Assembly: GCF_001194135.2 (NCBI RefSeq)
Contig: NC_068992.1
Span: forward strand, 45,631,885 to 45,695,884
Source: Octopus bimaculoides
Lineage: Eukaryota
DNA: 64,000 bases
Reading direction: 5' to 3'
This document shows positions 53,004 to 64,000 of the stretch, one piece after another (positions within the stretch are counted from its first letter, which is position 1; each line of letters begins with the position of its first letter). The notes below the pieces were generated by a model. That model was not told the origin of the DNA. It made no database searches and saw only the letters and a list, made by a program, of their open reading frames with translations. Position numbers and translations under genes: made by a program.

Positions 53004-54162
53004 GTGTGTGTGTGAAAATTAATGAAAAATCTAAAAGTGATCAACTGCTGTGTGGATTGAACCACAGCAATCACCTTTCATCTCTCATCTAATCACATTT
53101 TAATCCTTTACAAGCAAATTTTAAATACACAAGGGAAAAATTATGAGCTTAAAATAACTATTGTCCTGTGACTTAAAATCTATAATGGAGTCGCTTATGT
53201 CATCTGGATATTTTTAATTCTCCTGCTATTGAAATTTGTTGTACAGGTGTGCATTGTAAATATATATATAAAAGAAGTAACTAATTTTAGTGTTCTAACA
53301 TCTGTAAACGATATGTGAGAGTGATTTTTTGTAATGTGCTTCGGGCCAAATTGAATTAGGGAACGAGAGAAAGAGAATTTGCAAATGTAATGATGTAATT
53401 CATTCTATAAAATATAAAAATAGCTTTAAAAAATAGTATTAAAGTATTTTTAAAACATGCAAATAAATGTTAATTTATACAAAACGTATGTCTCTTTTAC
53501 AAAAAATATTCCCAACCATGTAATATGGTAATATTAATTATTAGTAAGGGATGTATGGAAGGTATAAATATTAAGAATATTCATATATTTTCAGCTTAAA
53601 GGATAGAGGATATAATTTATGGTCAATTAGGTTCCCATGGAGACTGCTTTCACTTTAAGGCAATTGAGATTCCTCGGCTTTAGTTGATTTGGTTGTTTGA
53701 CTGAGCGTGTAAACAAGAAACACAGGACAAAATAGAATTTAGCTCAATGGAAGAAACAATATATAAGAATTCAAATATAGTTACACTGCGATTGCAAGGT
53801 TAAAAAATTTGCTGGAAGCACAAGAAAAACTGTTGCACATTACAAAAGTGAATTGCAATTAGGATATTATTTATGGGGTTTCAACAAATGTCATGTTAAA
53901 CTTCTAATTAAAATATCACATGCTATTAAAATATTCTATGTTACATTAAGTAGTGATATCATGCTTTTGTATAATATTCTCTCTGTTTTCGTTTTATGTA
54001 AAAACATATTTCGTACAAGTTTATTAAATGAATAATAAATTTCGATGCTTTTCTCGTTGTTTTTGTTGGTGGTAGTTGAGCGAAGAAAGTAAACGAGTAG
54101 ATATAGATATAAGTTAGGTGCATACACGAGTGTGTATCTTTGTGTTCGTATGTATATATATA

Positions 54163-54224
<62 letters not shown>

Positions 54225-54388
54225 AAGTAAAATCGAATAATGAATGTTTGAAAGAATTTAATACATACGTTTCATATGATTGCGTAAAACATAATAGGAA
54301 ATACATTTCTTACGCAAGATCTTCTTCAGTTAATAAATTTCAGCGTCAGTCTGTCCACACAAAAAACACTCCCAGCTGCATTGCAGTG

Positions 54389-54403
54389 AGATGGCGGCCA
54401 TCT
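54389..54403. promoter_or_regulatory. Back-to-back YY1-type motifs (AGATGGC-G-GCCATCT)
   Basis: 7-bp inverted repeat containing the YY1 core GCCAT on both strands; binding is not demonstrated. Confidence 0.3.
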
Positions 54404-54654
54404 TGGATTTCCATGTATTCACGTGTAAGATGGAAAGTCATCTGAAAACAAAAGAAAATATTATTGTTCGGGGATCTGTGAACACCATATCTATCAAAAT
54501 ATATCTGAATTACTTTAGCTATCATAGCGTCATGAATCAGGAAATATTTTTGCAGACACCCTGTATTATAATTTATAAGGCTTGATGCTAGTACAAACTA
54601 ATCTGTACCGACTTGATTTACGCGTAGAATCTTAGAAAGTTTGAGTGTACTCAC

Positions 54655-54790
54655 CATGACATTCTTTTTTTTCTACCAAGATCGGTCGCTCAAACACCAC
54701 TTCGTATCCACTTCTTTTTTGTGTCTTCGTTTCTCTCTTCGTTTCTCTCTTCGCGTCGTTCACTGACCGGGTGAAACTGTCCTTAGCTGC
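54655..54790 (-). other. Candidate first exon ending in ATG/GTGAGT (5' UTR plus start codon)
   Basis: Strong donor directly after ATG (54657-54655); upstream CpG-containing purine-rich leader without an obvious acceptor; the 5' boundary is approximate. Confidence 0.25.
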
Positions 54791-56223
54791 TAGTATATAT
54801 ATATATATATATNNNNNNNNNNNNNNNNNNNNNNNNNNNNNNNNNNNNNNNNNNNNNNNNNNNNNNNNNNNNNNNNNNNNNNNNNNNNNNNNNNNNNNNN
54901 NNNNNNNNNNNNNNNNNNNNNNNNNNNNNNNNNNNNNNNNNNNNNNNNNNNNNNNNNNNNNNNNNNNNNNNNNNNNNNNNNNNNNNNNNNNNNNNNNNNN
55001 NNNNNNNNNNNNNNNNNNNNNNNNNNNNNNNNNNNNNNNNNNNNNNNNNNNNNNNNNNNNNNNNNNNNNNNNNNNNNNNNNNNNNNNNNNNNNNNNNNNN
55101 NNNNNNNNNNNNNNNNNNNNNNNNNNNNNNNNNNNNNNNNNNNNNNNNNNNNNNNNNNNNNNNNNNNNNNNNNNNNNNNNNNNNNNNNNNNNNNNNNNNN
55201 NNNNNNNNNNNNNNNNNNNNNNNNNNNNNNNNNNNNNNNNNNNNNNNNNNNNNNNNNNNNNNNNNNNNNNNNNNNNNNNNNNNNNNNNNNNNNNNNNNNN
55301 NNNNNNNNNNNNNNNNNNNNNNNNNNNNNNNNNNNNNNNNNNNNNNNNNNNNNNNNNNNNNNNNNNNNNNNNNNNNNNNNNNNNNNNNNNNNNNNNNNNN
55401 NNNNNNNNNNNNNNNNNNNNNNNNNNNNNNNNNATATATATATATATATATATATATAATATTTAATAACAGTTTGATTCAGCCCTATGGAAATTAAAGT
55501 TAGGAAGATGCATCCATATTCATATACTCGCATACATAACTCTCTCTCACTCACTCACTCTCTATCTTTCTTTCTTTCCTTCTTTCCATTCTTCTCAATT
55601 TTTCTATGTCTGTCTCTTTCAATACACACCTACGTTCCGTCATGTGCCTGTACTGAAGATTTTGTGAATACATTTTATTACGATGTTTTAATAAATGCCA
55701 ACTTGAGTTCATAATGACTATGATTAGAAACAACTTTCCTTTCAAGCAGTCTACCTTACTATCTCTGCTATGATTCCAAACGTTAGATCTTCGTTACAAG
55801 ACTTTGGACAGTTCCCATGTCGTGGCTCTTCTAATCACAATGCCGTCTGCTTTCTTCAATCTGATTGACCTAGACTAATCATGTTACACACCTAAGACAG
55901 CATCATCTCTGTCAGTTAACGAATAAAATCTATTATTCCGCTCGAATAACGAAATCAAATTTACCAGCTTTAAAGACACCAGTGTCCTGAATAACACACT
56001 CTGCAATCATTCACTCTACGTTACACATTGGCAAAAAGAATGTTTTAAATAACGACCGGAACTTTCTTGTAACATTTTATACAATTTTAGGTATAGCATT
56101 TCCTGGTTTAGGCTTGGGATTAACACTTCAAATTCAAAATTTCTCTTATAGCATATATAAGTTCATTATATGCCATTATGTTGCAATGTATCTTTACACA
56201 TTGCATACACGCAATATAAATAT

Positions 56224-56336
<113 letters not shown>

Positions 56337-56448
56337 AAATGCAGAATGTACAAAAAGGAGAAAGGATTAATTTATCCCCACATAAACGTGGATGTTTTGT
56401 TAGAACAAATTATACTCTCATATTGGCTTTTGTTTATATTGCTAGCAG

Positions 56449-56575
56449 GGAGATGCATCTCCGTCGCCTCCAGCGCCGAGATCACCAGATCATGTTGATT
56501 TCGATCTTCCTTATCTTACTTCAACGGTGGACGTTCGACCGCTAGATACAGCAGCGATTCATCTTCCTGCCATCG
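56449..56575 (+). CDS. Candidate coding exon (phase 0-1; GDASPSPPAPRSPDHVDFDLPYLTSTVDVRPLDTAAIHLPAI), product unknown
   Basis: NAGNAG acceptor tttgtttatattgcTAGCAG (alternative start 56446), strong donor TCG/GTATGT, GC- and CpG-rich island in AT-rich surroundings, 42 open codons bounded by an in-frame TAG just upstream. Confidence 0.42.
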
Positions 56576-56948
56576 GTATGTAAGATAATAGTTCTAGAAA
56601 ATGCGTTGGTGTCGTGGTTAGCCAGTGAGCTTGTTAAAAAAATATTTATTAGCGACAGAGACAGTATTAATACCGAGAGGATATATAGACACTCACAGAC
56701 ACACACACACGCACACACACACACACACACATTAATTGTCTTCTAAGCGAGTTCAGTTTCAGTGAGCTAGAACAAAAAGTATAAATTCCATATCGATAAA
56801 GGAGTGTGGCCCAACCTATTGGAATGTGTGTGGATGGAAGGCAACTTTTGTCTTTCCAGCACAATACTAAAGACATGACACTAACTTCCATAACTACTAT
56901 CATTTTTGTTAAAACACACACTTTACCACACGCCCAACATGGCGTTCT

Positions 56949-57049
56949 TACAATTCGTCTAGCAATTGTATACAAATATATTATTTGTATACAATTGCTA
57001 GACGAATTGTATACAAATATATACAAATATATTATTTGTATACAATTGC
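56949..57049. repeat. Perfect 30-bp inverted repeat (3-nt spacer) followed by a partial duplicate of its core
   Basis: TACAATTCGTCTAGCAATTGTATACAAATA-tat-TATTTGTATACAATTGCTAGACGAATTGTA (56949-57011), then a second core copy. Confidence 0.97.
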
Positions 57050-57125
57050 CAAATTTTTGTTAATATTTTCCCCCGAGAAATATACACTCGTATTCTTGAC
57101 ATAACTCTTCCACTTTTTTTCTTTT

Positions 57126-57341
57126 GCGTGAGTTGACACATATCCATATCCGGGCGAAATGTTCAGCGACATTTCATCCGTCCTCATGTTTTGAGTTCAA
57201 ATATCGCCGATGTCAACTATGCTTTTCATCTTCTCAGGGTCGATAACATAAGTACCAGTTGAACCCTGTGGTCCATGTAACCGACTTGCCCCCTACCCCG
57301 AAATAGTTGGCCTTGTGCCAAACTTGGAAACCAATATTATT
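57126..57341 (+). mobile_element. SINE family A, near full-length
   Basis: ccgggcgaaatg..gagttcaaatatcgccga..gggtcgataacataagtaccagttg..ggccttgtgccaaacttggaaaccaatattatt. Confidence 0.85.
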
Positions 57342-57724
57342 AAGGTCAGTGAAGAAAGTGGGGGCGGCAGCGGCGTCAGTGGTGGCGGCAGCGGTAACGC
57401 CGGTCGTAGTGGTGGTGGCGATGGTCTTTGGGATGTTTTGGTTATTATCCTCTAGCTTCTATTTGCATTATTTGTTTACTTTTGTGCTTCTGAAACGGCG
57501 ATTGTTTGTACTTATAACTGTTTCTACCCATTGGTTATTTGCTATTTTTACATTTGATTGAAGTGAAAGTTGCTCTGATATTGTTTTCAGACATATGCTA
57601 ACACTTTCCCTTTCTGTCTGTCTGCCTCACAATGCCTTTTTCTTATAAACTCAATATTTTAATAATAATACTCTTTAAAATATACCATGATATTGAACAA
57701 CACATGCAGTCAGACATATGTACG

Positions 57725-57758
<34 letters not shown>

Positions 57759-57773
57759 CATATATGCACACAT

Positions 57774-57805
<32 letters not shown>

Positions 57806-58801
57806 TAGGATTGTTGTTTGGAAAGTATGAACATGTCAAATACTCTGGTTGTGTTTGCGTGTGTGGTGCGTGTGTGCGTTTGTGTGTGTTTGTGTGCGCG
57901 TGCTTGCGCGTCCACGTGTGTGTACACATGTGTGTGTTTGCATAGCATGAATTGTGACGTAGCCAGTTCCATGAAACGTATTTAACATGCATACGTTGGC
58001 ATAGACATGCATAATATGTGTATTTGAAGTGAGCGAGAAAGAGAATGACAGAGTAAAGAAATGCACATAATGACAATGAGGGGAAAAAAACCACGACGAT
58101 AAGTAACACCAGCAACAACAAAAAGAACAATATTGACGAAACGACTATAGTTTTTCTCTCTCTATCTGAAGAGTCATACGATGTATGAGTTATAGTATGG
58201 GTGCATTATCTTGTATCAGTTGGAGAAATCGTTGAGTGGGCGTCTCACTCAGTTTGTATGTATGTCAACTAATGTACTGAAGTATATCAAATGCAGGTGT
58301 ATGGTATGTGATAAAACACTTTATTATTGTGTATTTATTTTGTTCCGTTATGCTGAGAGCTTTGTTGATCATAGAATGACAAGGCGTGGCTAGGTCACAA
58401 ATGTTACTGCTAGAAAGGTAAGAGCAGCGATGGAAGGTGTAAAACGTGAAAGTAACGACAAAATGAACAGAGAAACTTTTTTTTGTCACAAATGGGAGAA
58501 AGATGAAATAATTGTAAAGGAAAGTTGAAGAAGAATGAAAGAGGTGTATATATTAGAATATGGAAGAATAGTAGAAGACACAGAAGAATAGCAATAATGA
58601 AGAAAAAATAAGCGAATAAAATATAAAAACGAAAGAGGAGAAGCAGGAAGGGCATGAGTTGGATGTGAACAAAGAACAATAGATAAATCCATTATAAAAT
58701 TGACGAAACGGAAAAGTGGAAAATAAACATGGAAGAGGCGGAGTACGTTGTGATGATACGAAAACCTTGTTAGAAAATGCTGATTAATAATAATCATAAT
58801 G

Positions 58802-58864
<63 letters not shown>

Positions 58865-59608
58865 TCAAAAGCATTTGTACTACATGAAGAGCGCATCACT
58901 ACTAGATATATTGTGAAGAATATCGACATTTCCTCAATATATATGACAAATGTTTCCTGTGTAAAGTATCTTTTAAAGCAACAGTCCACAATGCGTCGTC
59001 ATGCACTGGCTCTGATAAAATATAATTGGACACACTATAAGGTTGTAAAGCTGTTCTTCATACACCAAGTTATCAACTTTCAATTGCTCCCATAAAAATT
59101 TTTCTGGTCCTCATACAAGCTTCTAGGTGTATTAAACAATAGCTGTTTAGAAATTTACGATGGAGTATGGTCACAAAATAACACATAATATAAAACTGAT
59201 GCAAAAATATATCACTCGTGTATTAATTATTGACTGCGTCTTAATGACCATATAATTGCGTAGAAGTGGGTTGAAAAGCAAAAGTTTCTCTCTGATAAAG
59301 CGAGTTTCAAATATAAACATTATATGGCAATTAACTGAACGGAATGCACGAGCATCATTATAATAACTATTGGTTGAGCAGCCGCAGCAATCACAACCGA
59401 AAGTGTGTGGTAGGGATACATTCTCAACTGTTCTGATATAAGGATATCAAATCTCAAGTAAACAATATAAAATCAAGCATAGAAAATGCTAAAAAGAATA
59501 AGATACTTCATTCTATGATTAAAACAATAAAAACGGCAATGAAAAAGAAAGAGAAACGTTGATGAGAGAAAATAACATGGCAAAAAACAAATGAAGCTTC
59601 CGAAATTA

Positions 59609-60350
59609 CGAGAGTAAGTTAATTATACGCACTCTTACTCAAACAAATGCAGGCGTTGAACGCTTACGTCGTTTTTCGACATAGTCTCTTTGCTTTTCGA
59701 TGCACTTTTAACTGTCCACATGCTCCAGTCCACAGGCTTGTATATTCAATCGAAGGTTTTTGGTTGATCGCACAGCTATGTATGCTCCACTTCCTGCTCT
59801 TCAATGTCCTTAGCAAATCGATTACCTCGTAAAGAATGTTTCAGGTAACAATCAGGAGATTTTGACTGTCTGCAGAGTATTCTAGCAACTTGAAATAGAA
59901 ATTTTTAATCGTTTCAGCGGTGTGGACGGCTGTATGTCGGCGTACATTGTCGCGTAACAATAACCTTTGAGTTGACAATAGAGCTAGCCTTTTGGCGCGA
60001 AATACTGTTTTTAGTATGTTGGCCAGTATTTCAATTTCGCCTACGCTGGTGAATTTAAATCTCTTTTCCTGATAATGTTCCAGTATAGGCCCTTTTGTGT
60101 CCCCCAAAAAACAGTTAGCATCACATTTTCTGCAGAAGGTTGAGTCCTGAAATTCTGTTTCGCTGGCTATTTCTGGGTTTTTCCACTTCATACCTTGTCA
60201 TCTGGATTCTGTCTTTAGACCATTATCTCCATAACAACTTCGCCTTCATCATTTTAGCGTTGTTGAGTGAGCGTTGATAGATCTCCACACTATTGTTTTT
60301 ATACGTTTCGATAAGCTCTTTTGTTAACCATGTTGCGCCAACTTCACAGA
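59609..60350 (-). mobile_element. Mariner transposon relic, 3' two-thirds with TIR
   Basis: MKWKNPE..FLGDTKGPILEHYQE..RAKRLALLS..LLLRDNVRRHTAVHT..LRGNRF..KCIEKQRDYVEK; TIR-like end TA-CGAGAGTAAGTTAATTAT at 59607-59626; the YSPDLAP region is damaged. Confidence 0.9.
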
Positions 60351-60589
60351 AGCATTGCCAACTTCACGAAAAATTGCAGCGATCTGACGTCCTGAAAATA
60401 CCTCCCCATCTAGATACCGAGCAAGTGAATCACACTAAAGAGACAAACTGAAGTATAATGCGCCAGCTTTGTGAAATACGCAGCCACAGAACGCACTAGA
60501 ATCAGTGAATAAGCTAATTGAACAAAGATAATAATATTTAAACGCGATAAATGTAGTTTTTGTCACATCGTAGTACTTAAGTATATTAC

Positions 60590-60755
60590 CTATATATATA
60601 TATATATAATATGCATATATATACATATATATACACATACATACACACACATATTTATATATATATATATGTATATATATGCATATACATATGTGTGTGT
60701 ATATATATATATACATACACATATATATGTATATGTATGCATGCACAAACATATG

Positions 60756-60826
<71 letters not shown>

Positions 60827-60900
60827 ACACACACATATATATATATAGGCAATATACGTGAGTATTATTATGTGACAATATATGTATATATATATATATA
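60590..60900. repeat. Compound (AT)/(CA)/(TG) simple repeat
   Basis: Directly visible. Confidence 0.95.
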
Positions 60901-61535
60901 TTGTTTACAATATTTCATTCTTTGTCACACAATTGCTGCACAAACTAGCCTCTAGGCAGTGATTAGCAACTGCACAAAAAGGACAATGCATTGTTGCCTA
61001 AATAATAATGTTATCGTAACCTCAAAGCCTTCGTTAATTCTATTCAAAGAAAGGATGGCTGCAGAGATTGAAATATAAATTATATGATTCACCTTTAAAA
61101 AGAAAGTAAAAGTACTAACAATAATAATAGTATAAATCTACGTTGCTTTTTATCATTTTGCAATCGTATACATGTGCGCATACACACAAACGCGCATTTT
61201 TTAACGCCTCTTATTCAATTTTCTTCTCTCGCTCTCTTCTACACTGTCCCCCTCTCTATGTATTCCCTCGGCCCCTCTCCTCATTTCTCACTTCACTTTA
61301 TGTATGCGTGAATGTGAATGTCGTTTTCCTCTTTCCGTTTCTCACACGCAGGAATTCGTTTTCATTTTTGATCCAATGGCAGTTAAAGAATCCAAGGATG
61401 AAAATATTTCTTGCAAGTACATATTAAACAGAATCCAAATGAAATGTTGTAATAACACTACTTATAATTAAGGTTATGCATATCCGGAAATGGTTTTCCG
61501 TAAGAAAAAAGGACTCACAGCTTTGTGAATTTATT

Positions 61536-61602
<67 letters not shown>

Positions 61603-61604
61603 GT

Positions 61605-62235
61605 CTGTGACAAAGACATTGCGCATGCTTCGTCAAGCTTAGGGCGATGATGCAATGGGTCGTACGCACTGTTTCGATTGGCACGAGAACTTGAAAAGCG
61701 GAAGAACGGTTCTAGAAGATATGAAGCAACCTGAAAGACCTACCAAAATCATCACAAACGGGAAATGCGGAGAAAATTCGTCAGCTTGTGCAATAGCGTC
61801 GTCGGAGGACACACAAATATATTTTGAAGCGTTTGGGCGATGAATTCGGCAAAAAGTGACCAGATGAGTGGAGCGGTAAGAATTGGATTCGTCGCGACAA
61901 CAATGTAGCCTGTCACTGAGCTCTTCTTACTCGTGAATTTCTCGCCAAATGCAACATGGTATCGCTTCCACACCCGCCCTATGCGCGAAACTTATCACCT
62001 GCAGACTTCAGCCTCTTCTCCAAGATGAAAATGCAGCTCAAATGTTTTAGCACCATTGTCGAGTTCCAGAACGAATCGCAGAAGGTCTTGGACATGCTCA
62101 CAGAAAAAGACTTACCCCGTTTTCCAAAAGTGGCAGAAACGCTTGGACCGGTGTTGCAGCGCACGTTGGCTATTTTGAAGTAGATGCTGTTAAAACTTAG
62201 GTGAATAAGTTATTTTCTATTTAAACATTACTCCG
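61605..62235 (+). mobile_element. Mariner transposon relic with large internal deletion
   Basis: TKTLRMLRQA*GDDAMGRTHCFDWHENLKSGRTVLED..RP, a deletion, then NWIRRDNN..H..LTREFLAKCNMVSLPHPPYARNLSPADFSLFSKMKMQLK..FQKWQKRLDRC (HPPYSPDLxPxDF-like motif). Confidence 0.9.
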
Positions 62236-62941
62236 GAAACATACTATGTACATACAAGCACACATACATATATTTTTTATTAATAATCGACAGACGTTAC
62301 AATCTTCTAAAGAGCAAGTTTTTCAATAGATAACGATGTACGAAACTCTCAGTTTTCGAGTCACTCTGTACTGCAGCTAACATAAAAATACATATAGTCA
62401 TGGTCTGCGTTTAGGTTTCCTGATTTCTGTCACCAAACACCTGTTTGTGTATGTGTGTGTATACAAGAAGTGTGTATGCGTGTGCGTGTATGTCGTAGTA
62501 CGTGCACGTGTCAGTGTGTGTGCAAGAAAGCAAATTCTGTTTGTGTGATAAGGCTACCGAAGTAAACATAAGTGTATGAAATGGAAAAAAAAGACACTTT
62601 ACTTTCGTTGAAAAGTAAAATATTCAAAATATAATATAGACAAAGAAATATATAGATTTTGTTACATAGACACCATTTGGTTTAAGACCGTGGCCAGGCT
62701 GTAGCAACAACTTCAGTGATATTGCAGCGATTCCATTCTGTGTTCCTAAACACATTTTTTTTTTGCACTCACAAACGATGTTTCTGAATTTCCCATCCTG
62801 TTTTCTTGATGCAGTTCCGATAAGTAAATCAAAAATCAATTATGAAACAGAAAGATATACGATATATATATTTTTTGCCATCGTACTGAGAAAATACATT
62901 TACCTCCCACTTTACTTAAGTGTTCATATATATGTGTGTGT

Positions 62942-62988
<47 letters not shown>

Positions 62989-63283
62989 NNNNNNNNNNNN
63001 NNNNNNNNNNNNNNNNNNNNNNNNNNNNNNNNNNNNNNNNNNNNNNNNNNNNNNNNNNNNNNNNNNNNNNNNNNNNNNNNNNNNNNNNNNNNNNNNNNNN
63101 NNNNNNNNNNNNNNNNNNNNNNNNNNNNNNNNNNNNNNNNNNNNNNNNNNNNNNNNNNNNNNNNNNNNNNNNNNNNNNNNNNNNNNNNNNNNNNNNNNNN
63201 NNNNNNNNNNNNNNNNNNNNNNNNNNNNNNNNNNNNNNNNNNNNNNNNNNNNNNNNNNNNNNNNNNNNNNNNNNNNNNNNNNN

Positions 63284-63740
<457 letters not shown>

Positions 63741-64000
63741 TGAAAAGGCTCATAAACAGGTGGGCTTAGAAATCCAAGATTAGGTACAGAAAATAAGCAA
63801 AAGAAGTTAAGTAGTAAGTTTTATCTTGACAGCTGTTTCGAGTGAGTGATAGCGTATGTTTAGCAACATTCGTTGCACAGTGAATTCGTACAGGATTGAG
63901 TAGCACGAATTTCAATGTATTCACGTGGGAAAATTGTAACTCACTTATCAGGAGATTGTGACTAAAATCGCGTTTCATAAGTAGTACTTACATATATATA

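Noticed and set aside
61351-61470. Strong plus-strand acceptor followed by EFVFIFDPMAVKESKDENISCK
   Set aside because: Out of phase with the 56449-56575 exon, only weak donors, no homology; kept as a possibility but not supportable as a feature.

Overview
Eukaryotic, very AT-rich, microsatellite-dense genomic DNA with eight N-filled scaffold gaps. The SINE families and repeat landscape look like an octopus (cephalopod) genome; this is an inference from recalled repeat sequences, not a database result. No complete protein-coding gene, rRNA, functional tRNA or CRISPR array is supportable, and almost every ORF in the supplied track is microsatellite, N-gap or antisense noise. The window is mainly intronic/intergenic DNA full of decayed mobile elements: four mariner relics, one Tc1/Tc3-like relic, a Penelope-like GIY-YIG fragment, R4/Dong-type (REL endonuclease) LINE pieces, RTE-type RT fragments, a Tx1/L1-like 3' piece, about 15 tRNA-derived SINE copies of three families, and a ~975-bp non-autonomous element with ~225-265-bp TIRs and an 8-bp TSD nested in a SINE. 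Several isolated, splice-site-bounded candidate exons occur on both strands (best: + 56449-56575 and + 33973-34067), but none can be assigned to a known gene. The most unusual structures are a degenerate ~57-75-bp tandem array with a Cys-rich open frame (19.9-20.6 kb), an internally inverted mariner, a 5'-inverted R4-type LINE, two perfect hairpins and a hammerhead-ribozyme-like core at the left edge.
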